41,700 nt of DNA from contig JBJKRU010000338.1 in the NCBI GenBank assembly GCA_046704485.1, positions 1 to 41,700 on the forward strand, in the 5' to 3' direction. Both the position numbers and the translations under genes were made by a program. This stretch comes from Candidatus Limnocylindrales bacterium (lineage in GTDB: Bacteria > Chloroflexota > Limnocylindria > Limnocylindrales > CSP1-4). Below the pieces are notes generated by a model. The model made no database searches and had not been told where the DNA came from. It saw nothing but the letters and a program-made list of their open reading frames with translations. Of the stretch, positions 33,793 to 41,700 are shown in pieces (the stretch's first letter is position 1; each line of letters starts with the position of its first letter).

Positions 33793-35268
33793 TTGACTGA
33801 GCGGCATCCGCTGCGGCTCGCCGCTGCCGACCTGGGCGCCGAGAGCGGGCGGCTGCTGGTCGGCTCGTTCGACGGAGACCACCTCGGGCTCGAGGAGGTC
33901 CACCGGTTCCCGAACGGCCCGGTGCGCGTCGGAGACACGCTGCACTGGGATGCGCTGCGGCTGTGGAGCGAGATCGACGCCGGGCTCCGCAGGGCTGGTG
34001 CCGCCGGGCCGGTCGAATCCGTCGCCGTGGACAGCTGGGGCGTCGACTTCGGCCTGCTGGACGACCGCGGCCGACTCATGGCAAACCCGGTCCACTACCG
34101 CGACCGGCGTACCGATGGCGTCCCCGAGCGGGTCTTCGCGCTGGTGCCGCGCGACGAGGTGTACGCCACCACCGGCATCCAGGTCATGGCGATCAACACG
34201 CTCTACCAGCTCGCCTCCATGGCGCTGGACCACGACCCGATGCTGGAGCGGTCCCAGCGGCTGCTGCTCATGGCCGACCTGTTCACCTGGCTGCTGTCAG
34301 GCGTGCAGGCGGGCGAGTACACCAACAGCACCACGACGCAGTGCCTGGACGCCGAGGCGCGTGACTGGGCGCGGCCCATGCTGGAGCGGATCGGGATCCC
34401 CGCCGTCATCCTGCCCGAGGTCGTCGACCCCGGCACCAGGCTCGGTCGACTCCTCCCCGAGCTTGCCGGGGCGACGGGCCTCGGGGGCACGCAGGTCGTC
34501 CTGGCAGGCTCGCACGACACCGCGTCCGCCGTCGCCGGGACGCCGCTCGCGTCGCCGCGGACTGCGTACCTCTCGTCGGGCACCTGGTCACTCGTCGGCC
34601 TCGAGGTGCCGGCGCCGGTGATCAACGCCGCGTCCTCGGCCGCCAACCTCACCAACGAGGGCGGCGTGGCTGGAACGATCCGGCTCCTCCGCAACGTCAC
34701 CGGCCTGTGGCTGGTCCAGGAGTGCCGCCGCGCGCTGTGGCACGCCGATGCGGCGCCGTCGTACGCGGAGATCGTCGCGATGGCGGACGCGGCGCCAGCC
34801 TTGACAGCCTTCATCGACCCCGACGACGAGCGGTTCCTCCACCCGGGCGACCTGCCCGAGCGCATCCGCGCCTTCTGCACCGCGACCGGTCAGCCGGTGC
34901 CGGACGACATCGGCACCCTGCTGCGCGTCATCTTCGAAAGCCTCGCCCTGCGGTACGCGGACACCCTCGACCAGCTCGCAGCCGCCTCGGGCGTCGTCCC
35001 CGACGGTGTCCACATCGTCGGCGGCGGCTCCAACAACGCGCTGCTCAACCGGCTGACCGCGGAGGCCACAGGCCTGCCGGTCACGGCCGGGCCAGTCGAG
35101 GCAACCGCGATCGGGAACCTCCTGCTGCAGGCGATCGCGACTGGCCACCTGGGCTCGCTGGCCGAAGGCCGCGCCTTGGTCGCCCGATCATTCCCGATGT
35201 CCACGTACGAACCCTCCGGCGACTGGACCGAGGCCCGTGCCCGGTTTGCCGTCGTGACCCGCCGATGA
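33793..35268 (+). CDS. rhaB: Rhamnulokinase (FGGY family)
   Basis: TTG start with GAGGAGG 9 nt upstream. It is collinear by eye with E. coli RhaB. Shared blocks include DLGAESGR, HRFPNG, DSWGVDFGLLD, YRDRRT, NTLYQL, YTNSTTTQ, SHDTASAV, AYLSSGTWSL, NLTNEGG, GLWLVQE, FESLALRYAD, HIVGGGSNN and AGPVEATAIGN. Confidence 0.9.
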   Translation: MTERHPLRLAAADLGAESGRLLVGSFDGDHLGLEEVHRFPNGPVRVGDTLHWDALRLWSEIDAGLRRAGAAGPVESVAVDSWGVDFGLLDDRGRLMANPVHYRDRRTDGVPERVFALVPRDEVYATTGIQVMAINTLYQLASMALDHDPMLERSQRLLLMADLFTWLLSGVQAGEYTNSTTTQCLDAEARDWARPMLERIGIPAVILPEVVDPGTRLGRLLPELAGATGLGGTQVVLAGSHDTASAVAGTPLASPRTAYLSSGTWSLVGLEVPAPVINAASSAANLTNEGGVAGTIRLLRNVTGLWLVQECRRALWHADAAPSYAEIVAMADAAPALTAFIDPDDERFLHPGDLPERIRAFCTATGQPVPDDIGTLLRVIFESLALRYADTLDQLAAASGVVPDGVHIVGGGSNNALLNRLTAEATGLPVTAGPVEATAIGNLLLQAIATGHLGSLAEGRALVARSFPMSTYEPSGDWTEARARFAVVTRR

Positions 35269-36488
35269 AGGAACGCGCGAGCGAGGTGGCGCCGACTGCA
35301 CCCGGGCCGCTGGCCGTGGCCAACGTCCACGTCCACGTGCCGCCCAACTTCTCGGCCTTCGCCGACGCGGAGGACGCGGTGGCGACGGCCGTGCGCGAGG
35401 GCGTGCGGGTCCTCGGCGTGTCCAACTTCCACGACCACCGGGTGTACCGGCGGTTCGCCGACGCGGCGGCCGCCAGCGGAGTGGTGCCCCTATTCGGGCT
35501 CGAGTACATCACCGTAGTGGAGCCGCTCCGGGCGGCAGGCACGCGGATCAACGACCCGGCCAACCCCGGCCGCATGTACCTCTGCGGCAAGGGCGCCAAC
35601 CCGTTCAAGGCCGCGACGGCGACCGCGGCGCGCATCGACGAGGGCGCCCGCGCGGCGAACCGTGCGCGGGCGACCACCATGGCCGGGCTGCTGTGCGAGC
35701 GGTTCCGTGCGGGCGGCATCGGGATCGACCTCGACGCCGATGGGATCGCTGCGGGCGTGGCTGCGAGCGCGCGCGTACCAGTGGACTGGGTGGTTCTCCA
35801 GGAGCGCCACCTTGCCATGGCATTCCAGCGCGCGCTCTTCGCCGCGGTTGCGGTCGGCGACCGCGCTGCCCGGCTCGCGGCGGTGTACGGTGCCGCGCCG
35901 TCGGCGGCGCCGGACGACGCCGTCGGCACGCAGGGCGAGATCCGCTCCCGGCTCATGAAGGCGGGCGGGCCTGCCTTCGTCGAGGAATCGCCGCTCACGT
36001 TCGAGGACGCGGTCCGCCTGGTCCTCGAGTGGGACGGCATCCCGGCGTACCCGACGCTCGGCGACGGAACGTCACCGGTCTGCCCGTTCGAGGATTCGCC
36101 CGACGATCTGGCGGGCCGGCTGCGCGACCTCGGGATCCACGCCGCAGAGCTCATCCCGGCCCGGAACGCGCCCTCCGTCGTCGACGCCTACGTCCGCGCC
36201 TTCCGCTCGGCGGGTATCGTCGTCACTGCCGGCACCGAGCACAACACACTCGAGCGCATCCCGCTCGAGCCGCGCGCCCGGGGCGGAGCGGCACTGTCCG
36301 AGGTCGCCCGCGCGGCCTTCTACGAGGGCGCGTGCGTGGTGGCGGGGCACCAGGCGGAGCGGGCTTCCGGCCGGGCCGGGTTCGTCGACCCGGAGGGTCG
36401 ACCGGGGACGGGGGACCGGAGAGCATGGGTCCGGCGCTTCGCCGAGATCGGAGCCGGGATCATCGAGAGAAGGAGCGGAATGGCGTGA
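35265..36488 (+). CDS. Conserved-looking protein of unknown function with HxH metal-site-like N-terminus (PHP/amidohydrolase-like?)
   Basis: ATG overlaps the rhaB stop (ATGA), and its own stop overlaps the rhaEW start (GTGA). The frame is strongly GC3-biased. Motifs are VANVHVHVPPNFSAF, VLGVSNFHD and TAGTEHN. It shows no resemblance to RhaA or the P. stutzeri-type L-rhamnose isomerase. Confidence 0.6.
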   Translation: MKERASEVAPTAPGPLAVANVHVHVPPNFSAFADAEDAVATAVREGVRVLGVSNFHDHRVYRRFADAAAASGVVPLFGLEYITVVEPLRAAGTRINDPANPGRMYLCGKGANPFKAATATAARIDEGARAANRARATTMAGLLCERFRAGGIGIDLDADGIAAGVAASARVPVDWVVLQERHLAMAFQRALFAAVAVGDRAARLAAVYGAAPSAAPDDAVGTQGEIRSRLMKAGGPAFVEESPLTFEDAVRLVLEWDGIPAYPTLGDGTSPVCPFEDSPDDLAGRLRDLGIHAAELIPARNAPSVVDAYVRAFRSAGIVVTAGTEHNTLERIPLEPRARGGAALSEVARAAFYEGACVVAGHQAERASGRAGFVDPEGRPGTGDRRAWVRRFAEIGAGIIERRSGMA

Positions 36489-38524
36489 ACCCCCCCGGCT
36501 CTCCCTTTCCCGCGCTCGCGCCCGACGTCGACCGCGTCACCGCCCTGATCGATCTCTCGAACCGGTTCGGCGCCGATTCCGCGTTCTCGCGCGCGGGCGG
36601 CGGCAACTCCTCGGTCAAAGACGGCGACGTGCTGTGGATCAAGCCGTCCGGCGTCCCGCTCGCCACGCTGGGCGCCGAGGACCTAGTGCCGCTCGACCGC
36701 ACCGTCCTCCTGGAACTGCTGGCGCAGGACCCAGCGACGCTGCCGCCTGATGGCGATCCGGTCATGGCCGCAGCGGCCGAGGCGCGGATGGGGCACGCGA
36801 AGGGCCGCCGTCCGAGCGTGGAGCTCCTGTTCCACGCCCTCCTCCCCGAGAGGTATGTCCTCCACACGCACCCGATGGCCGTCAATGCGGTGACCTGCAG
36901 CGCCGAAGGCGCGACGCTCGCCGCGCGCCTCTTCGGCGACCGGGTCGTCTGGGTGCCGTACACCGACCCGGGCCTGCCGCTCGCGCACGCCATCCTCGAC
37001 GCGAGGCGCGCCCACGAGGCGCGGACCGGCGGCAGAGCGCCGGCGATCACCCTGCTCGCCAATCACGGGCTGATCGTAGCGGGCGAGACCACCGCCGAGA
37101 TCGACGCCCAGACGGCATGGCTGACCGGCGCCATCAGCGCGGCCCTCGACGCGGCCGCGGCACCGACCGCCTTTCCGGCGCCGCTCGACGAGGCGGCGGC
37201 CGGCCGGGCGATCGCCGAGCTCGCGCCGGCCCTGCGCGCCGGCCTGTCAACAGCCCGCCGACGCGTCGTGGTGTTCGACGACGACGCACTCGCGGCCTCG
37301 TTCGCTGCCGGTGCGCAGGGGCGTGCCTTCGTGGTCGGCGGCCCGCTCATCCCGGACCAGATCGTCTACACGGGGTCGTTCCCGCTGCTGCTCGACATCG
37401 ACGGCGTCCCCCCCGACGAGCTGGCCGGGCATGCGCTCAGCCGCCTGGCAGCGCACGAGTCGGCACAGGGCGGCGCGCCCAGCGTGGTGGTGGTGCCGCG
37501 CCTCGGCCTGTTCGCGGTCGGGGACTCGTGGGCGCAGGCGGACACGGCACGCCACGTCTACCTCGACATGCTCAGGGTGGCCGATAGCGCCCTCCGGCTC
37601 GGCGGAATCCGCCATCTGGACGAGCCCGAGCGCCGCTTCATCGAGCAGTGGGAGGCGGAAGCCTACCGGAAGCAGATCGCCGCCGGGGCAGGCGGCGGGG
37701 GCCGCGTCGCCGACCGGATCGCCGTGGTGACCGGCGCCGCGCAGGGCTTCGGGCTGGGGATCGCCGAGGGCCTCGTCGCCCAAGGGGCCCATGTGGTGCT
37801 CGCGGACCTCAACGGCCCGCTCGCACAGGCCAACGCCGAGCGGCTGGAGGCACGGTACGGCCCGGGCCGCGCCGTCGCGATCCCGATGGACGTGACCGAC
37901 GAGGCCAGCGTGGCCGACGGGATCGCCGCCGTCGTCCGCAGGTTCGGCGGCCTGGACATCGTGGTCTCGAACGCTGGCGTGCTGCGGGCCGGAGCCGTGA
38001 CGACGCAGCCCGCTGCCGAGTTCGACCTCGTCACGCAGGTCAACTACCGGGGCTACTTCCTGCTGGTCAAGCACACCGCACCGGTCATGGCCCGGCAGCA
38101 CGCGGTCAACCCGGCATGGTGGGGCGACATCGTGGAGGTCAACTCCAAGTCGGGCCTCGTGGGGTCGTCGCGCAACGCCGCCTATGCTGGCTCCAAGTTC
38201 GGCGGGATCGGCCTGACGCAGTCGTTCGCGCTCGAGCTCGTCGGGGACGGCATCAAGGTGAACGCCGTCTGCCCTGGCAACTTCCTCGACGGGCCGCTGT
38301 GGAGCGACCCGGTCAACGGGCTCTTCGTGCAGTACCTGCGCGAGGGCAAGGTGCCCGGGGCGCAGTCGGTGGAGGACGTCCGCCGCGCCTACGAGGCGAA
38401 GGTTCCGATGGGTCGCGGCTGCACGCCGGCCGACGTGCTCGAGGCGCTGCTCTACCTCGTCGCCCAGCAGTACGAGACGGGCCAGGCCCTGCCCGTCACC
38501 GGCGGCCAGGTGATGCTGTCGTGA
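36485..38524 (+). CDS. rhaEW: Bifunctional rhamnulose-1-phosphate aldolase (class II aldolase/adducin fold) / short-chain dehydrogenase (lactaldehyde dehydrogenase type)
   Basis: I place the start at GTG 36485 rather than ORF-track 35693. The N-terminal half has GGGNSSVKDGDVLWIKPSGVPL and HTHP. The C-terminal classical SDR has VVTGAAQGFGLGIA, NSKSG and YAGSK (YxxxK). Confidence 0.9.
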   Translation: MNPPGSPFPALAPDVDRVTALIDLSNRFGADSAFSRAGGGNSSVKDGDVLWIKPSGVPLATLGAEDLVPLDRTVLLELLAQDPATLPPDGDPVMAAAAEARMGHAKGRRPSVELLFHALLPERYVLHTHPMAVNAVTCSAEGATLAARLFGDRVVWVPYTDPGLPLAHAILDARRAHEARTGGRAPAITLLANHGLIVAGETTAEIDAQTAWLTGAISAALDAAAAPTAFPAPLDEAAAGRAIAELAPALRAGLSTARRRVVVFDDDALAASFAAGAQGRAFVVGGPLIPDQIVYTGSFPLLLDIDGVPPDELAGHALSRLAAHESAQGGAPSVVVVPRLGLFAVGDSWAQADTARHVYLDMLRVADSALRLGGIRHLDEPERRFIEQWEAEAYRKQIAAGAGGGGRVADRIAVVTGAAQGFGLGIAEGLVAQGAHVVLADLNGPLAQANAERLEARYGPGRAVAIPMDVTDEASVADGIAAVVRRFGGLDIVVSNAGVLRAGAVTTQPAAEFDLVTQVNYRGYFLLVKHTAPVMARQHAVNPAWWGDIVEVNSKSGLVGSSRNAAYAGSKFGGIGLTQSFALELVGDGIKVNAVCPGNFLDGPLWSDPVNGLFVQYLREGKVPGAQSVEDVRRAYEAKVPMGRGCTPADVLEALLYLVAQQYETGQALPVTGGQVMLS

Positions 38525-40185
38525 CCCTGTCCCCGGAGAGACCCGCCGTGACCGACCTGCCCGCCACCCAGCACGCGATCCAGTTCACCGGCCCTGGTGT
38601 GCTGCGGCACAACCGCGCCAAGCCCGTGCCGGTCCCCGGCCCGACCCAACTGGTCCTCGAGGTCGAGGCGACCGGGATCTGCTTCTCCGACACCAAGCTC
38701 CTCCACGCGTGGACGAACCACCCGCGGAAGGGGCCGGTGCTGGCCGGCCTGCCCGAGGCGGTGCTCGCTGAGATCCCTTCCTACACCCCCGCTGAGCAGC
38801 CCGGCACGCCGGGCCACGAGTGCTGCGCGAGGATCGTGGCCGTTGGCGCTGACGTCCGACGCCACCACGTCGGCGAGCGCGTGCTCGTCCAGACCGACTA
38901 CCGACATCTGCCCACCGCGGGCTCGAACGCCGCCTTCGGGTACAACTTCGAAGGCGGCCTCGCCGAGTACGCGCTGCTCGACGAGCGCATGATCCTCGAC
39001 CCCGACACCGGCGAGCGGTTCCTGATCCCCGTTGGCGAGGGGCCGTCCGGCTCCGCGGTGGCACTGCTCGAGCCGTGGGCGTGCGTCGAGAAGTCGTACT
39101 CCACCCGGGAGCGGCAGACGCTCAAGGCCGGTGGCCGGCTGCTGGTGGTCGTGGAGGCCGGGGCCGCACTGACCGGGCTCGATCCCCTCTCCAAGGCCGC
39201 CGCGCCCGCCGAGGTCACCCGGCTCGACCCCGTCGACGACGCCTCGCTCGCGGCGCTCGGGGACGCCCTCTTCGACGACATCGTCTACGCCGGCGCCTCC
39301 GCCGATCGGATCGAGGCGCTCCAGGAGCTGCTCGCCCCGGGCGGCGTCCTCGACGTCGTGCTCGGCGGGGCACAGGTGGACCGCGACGTCGCGATCGACG
39401 TCGGCCGGATCCATTACGACCCCATCCGCTTCACGGGAACCACCGGCACGAGCGCCGCTGACGGCTATGCCCGCATCCCCCCGAACGGCGAGTTGCGCGA
39501 CGGCGACACGGTGGCAATCATCGGCGCCGCGGGGCCGATGGGCTTCATGCACGTGATCCGCGCCGCCACCATGGGCTTCACGCGCATCCGGATGGCGGCC
39601 CTCGACATCGACGACGCCCGCCTCGCGCACCTGGCCGAGGTTGCCGGGCCCCTGGCCGGGGCCAGCGGCGTCGAGGCCGAGTTCGTCAACAGCCGGGAGA
39701 CGCCGCCGGCCAGCGGCTGGGCGACATACGTCGGCGTCATGGTCCCCGCGCCGCAGCTCGTGGTGCAGGCGGTCACGATGGCCGCCGCGGGCGCGCGCCT
39801 CAACCTGTTCGCAGGCTTCGCCGTGGGCACCCGCGCACCGCTCGACCTCAATGTGGTGATCGGCCGCGGGCTGTACCTGTTCGGGACGTCGGGCTCCGAG
39901 ATCGCGGACATGCAGACGGTCCTCGGCCGGCTCGAGGACGGGCGCCTCGACACGAACGTCTCGCTCGACGCAGTCTGCGGGATGGAGGGCGTCCGCGACG
40001 CACTCGCGGCGGTCGAGGCTCGCTCGTCGGGCGGCAAGATCGTCGTGTACCCGATGCTCCACGACCTCGGCCTCGTCCGCCTCTCCGAACTGCCGGAGCG
40101 CTTCCCCACGGTCGCGGCCAAGCTCCGCGACGGGCGCTGGAACGCCGAGGCCGAGGCAGAGCTGCTCGCGAGAGCCGGCGCATGA
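38521..40185 (+). CDS. Atypically long (554 aa) medium-chain dehydrogenase/reductase-like protein with an apparent extra, degenerate cofactor-domain copy
   Basis: GTG overlaps the rhaEW stop (GTGA). A GroES-like N-terminal domain (GICFSDTKLLH, GHECCARIV) is followed by two successive Rossmann-like segments. The first lacks GxGxxG (GGRLLVVVEAG ... LAPGGVLDVVLGG ... IRFTGTTGTS). The second has it (VAIIGAAGPMGFMHV ... AAGARLNLFAGF ... LYLFGTSGSE). Confidence 0.7.
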   Translation: MTLSPERPAVTDLPATQHAIQFTGPGVLRHNRAKPVPVPGPTQLVLEVEATGICFSDTKLLHAWTNHPRKGPVLAGLPEAVLAEIPSYTPAEQPGTPGHECCARIVAVGADVRRHHVGERVLVQTDYRHLPTAGSNAAFGYNFEGGLAEYALLDERMILDPDTGERFLIPVGEGPSGSAVALLEPWACVEKSYSTRERQTLKAGGRLLVVVEAGAALTGLDPLSKAAAPAEVTRLDPVDDASLAALGDALFDDIVYAGASADRIEALQELLAPGGVLDVVLGGAQVDRDVAIDVGRIHYDPIRFTGTTGTSAADGYARIPPNGELRDGDTVAIIGAAGPMGFMHVIRAATMGFTRIRMAALDIDDARLAHLAEVAGPLAGASGVEAEFVNSRETPPASGWATYVGVMVPAPQLVVQAVTMAAAGARLNLFAGFAVGTRAPLDLNVVIGRGLYLFGTSGSEIADMQTVLGRLEDGRLDTNVSLDAVCGMEGVRDALAAVEARSSGGKIVVYPMLHDLGLVRLSELPERFPTVAAKLRDGRWNAEAEAELLARAGA

Positions 40186-41216
40186 AGGCGGCGCGCCTCC
40201 ACGGCCCGGGAGACCTCCGGATCTCGGAGGAGCCGGTGCCCGAGCCGGGCGCCGGCGAGGCACTCGTCCGGGTGACGGCGGTCGGCATCTGCGGGTCCGA
40301 TCTCCACTGGTTCGAGGAGTCCGCCATCGGCGACGCCGCCCTCACGCATCCCCTCGTGCTCGGGCACGAGGCATCCGGCGTGATCGAGAGCGGGCCGCGG
40401 ACAGGGCAGCGCGTGGCGATCGACCCGAGCCTGGCCTGCGGCAGATGCGACACGTGCACACGCGGGCTCCCGCACCTGTGCCCGGACGTCCGCTTCCTCG
40501 GCCACAGCATCACCGACGGGGCGATGCGCCAGTGGCTGACATGGCCCGAGAGCCATCTCGTTCCGCTGCCCGACACGATCAGCGACGATGCGGGGGCGAT
40601 GCTCGAGCCCCTCGGCGTGGCGATCCACGCCCTTCGGCTGGCGCGGCTCCGGCCGGGCGACACGGTGGGCGTGTTCGGCGCGGGGCCGATCGGGCTGCTG
40701 CTGATCCGCCTCGCCCTCGTGTCGGGCGCCTCGCTCGTCGTCGCGACGGACCGGATCGCGGAGCGCGTGGCGGCCGCTGCCGCGGAGGGTGCGACGGCGG
40801 CGCTGGTCGATGGCGGCAGCGAGCGGGAGACCCTGCGCGCCGTCCTGCCTGGCGGCCGCGTCGACACGGCGATCGAGATCGCGGGCGACGAAGACGCCAT
40901 CGCGACCGCGGTGGAGCTCGTCAAGCCGGGTTCGCGCGTGGTGATCGCCGGCATCCCGGTGGGCGATGCCGTGCGCATCCCCGTGGCGACGGCCCGACGC
41001 AAGGGCCTCGACCTGCGCCTCTCGCGGCGCATGAACCGCGTCTTTCCGGCCGCCATCGCGCTGGCCGGGAGGATCCACCCGGAGACGCTGGTCTCCGCTA
41101 CCTACGGGATCGCCGACGCAGACATCGCGATGCGGACCGCCGCACGGCGCATCGGCGCCAAGATCCTTGTCCGTCCCCATGACCACCCGTCTTTCCCCGC
41201 CTCGGGCGGACAGTGA
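40182..41216 (+). CDS. Zinc-type medium-chain alcohol/polyol dehydrogenase (sorbitol / L-threonine / L-galactonate dehydrogenase-like)
   Basis: ATG overlaps the upstream stop (ATGA). Motifs are GICGSDLHWF, GHEASGVI, CGRCDTCTRGLPHLC (structural Zn cluster) and GVFGAGPIGLL. Confidence 0.9.
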   Translation: MKAARLHGPGDLRISEEPVPEPGAGEALVRVTAVGICGSDLHWFEESAIGDAALTHPLVLGHEASGVIESGPRTGQRVAIDPSLACGRCDTCTRGLPHLCPDVRFLGHSITDGAMRQWLTWPESHLVPLPDTISDDAGAMLEPLGVAIHALRLARLRPGDTVGVFGAGPIGLLLIRLALVSGASLVVATDRIAERVAAAAAEGATAALVDGGSERETLRAVLPGGRVDTAIEIAGDEDAIATAVELVKPGSRVVIAGIPVGDAVRIPVATARRKGLDLRLSRRMNRVFPAAIALAGRIHPETLVSATYGIADADIAMRTAARRIGAKILVRPHDHPSFPASGGQ

Positions 41217-41256
41217 CGAGCTGCCCCCGATCGCTTAGCCCAGGAGATCCGCAATC

Positions 41257-41700
41257 GTGACCACCGACATCCAGCCCGACCCGTCCATCGTCTTCCGCAG
41301 CGACGCCCGCCCGGACTTCACGCCGTTCGAGGACGGGCTGGGGTCGGTCCGGGGATTCACGTACGCGGGCGACCTCGCGTCCGAGGTCGCGGCCGGACGG
41401 CTGGACAAGGCCAGCGCCCTCGCCCTGCTCGACGACATGCTCGCCATCCGCGAGATGGAGGAGATGATCGTCCGGCTCCGGGGCGGCGGCGGCTACGAGC
41501 CGCTGCCCGGCTACGACTACCGCGGCCCCACGCACGTGTCGATCGGCCAGGAGGCATCGGCGGTCGGGGCCAGCTCGGTCCTGCGCCTCGCCGACAACGT
41601 GACGTCGTCGCACCGCGGCCACGGCGACGCGATCGCGAAGGGGTTCTCCGGCATCCGCAAGATGTCCCTCGAGCAGCTCCGTGCCCGGCTGGGCCGGGAG
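41257..41700 (+). CDS. TPP-dependent dehydrogenase E1 component alpha subunit (acetoin/2-oxoacid dehydrogenase type), 5' part only
   Basis: It is absent from the ORF track because it runs off the window; I translated it by eye from GTG 41257 (SD CAGGAG 10 nt upstream). Motifs are MLAIREMEEMIV, YRGPTHVSIGQEA and SSHRGHGDAIAKG. Confidence 0.75.
   Translation, partial: MTTDIQPDPSIVFRSDARPDFTPFEDGLGSVRGFTYAGDLASEVAAGRLDKASALALLDDMLAIREMEEMIVRLRGGGGYEPLPGYDYRGPTHVSIGQEASAVGASSVLRLADNVTSSHRGHGDAIAKGFSGIRKMSLEQLRARLGRE

Noticed and set aside
39465-41186. 573-aa and 402-aa minus-strand ORFs
   Set aside because: They are antisense shadows of the two MDR dehydrogenase genes, which have clear zinc-ADH motifs. 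Their composition is Arg/Pro/Ala/Ser-rich with no recognisable motifs.

Overview
Gene-dense, high-G+C bacterial chromosomal segment (by eye about two-thirds to 70% G+C). Codons are GC3-rich, GTG starts are common, there is one lipoprotein-type solute-binding protein, and the sugar ABC system has no ATPase gene. This fits an actinobacterial or Chloroflexi-type genome, but taxon cannot be fixed from sequence alone. I call 39 protein-coding features, one interrupted by an in-frame stop and one open at the window end. I saw no rRNA, tRNA, CRISPR array, integrase, transposase or phage gene. The window is one large, repressor-controlled catabolic supercluster for L-configured and 6-deoxy hexoses. 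It holds fucI-fucU; rhaM plus an ABC importer; rhaB plus a bifunctional aldolase/SDR (rhaEW type); an oxidative non-phosphorylative branch (aldo-keto reductase, COG3618-type lactonase, Gfo/Idh/MocA dehydrogenase, FAH-family hydrolase, extended SDR); and lutABC for the lactate end product. Regulators are two LacI-family proteins and one DeoR-family protein. Four embedded modules do not belong to any textbook version of these pathways and are the main candidates for new biology. (1) A corrinoid-protein module with two URO-D-type methyltransferases (8956-12166) carries the same operator as the fucose genes; it is a candidate O-methyl-sugar demethylase. (2) A GDP-mannose 3,5-epimerase / GHMP-like kinase / tandem cytidylyltransferase / PMI operon (3700-7397) is a candidate Leloir-like route for L-galactose-type sugars. 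(3) An RraA-like aldolase / split UxaA (SuyAB-like) dehydratase / family III CoA-transferase / signal-less SBP-fold protein / MaoC hydratase operon (20754-25827) has no assignable pathway. (4) An unassignable HxH metalloprotein lies between rhaB and rhaEW (35265-36488), where an L-rhamnose isomerase is missing. Two recurring operator motifs, promoter-like hexamers that they overlap, thirteen 4-nt start/stop overlaps and an interrupted manC paralogue are also documented. All functional calls come from by-eye motif recognition and collinearity; no database search was run.
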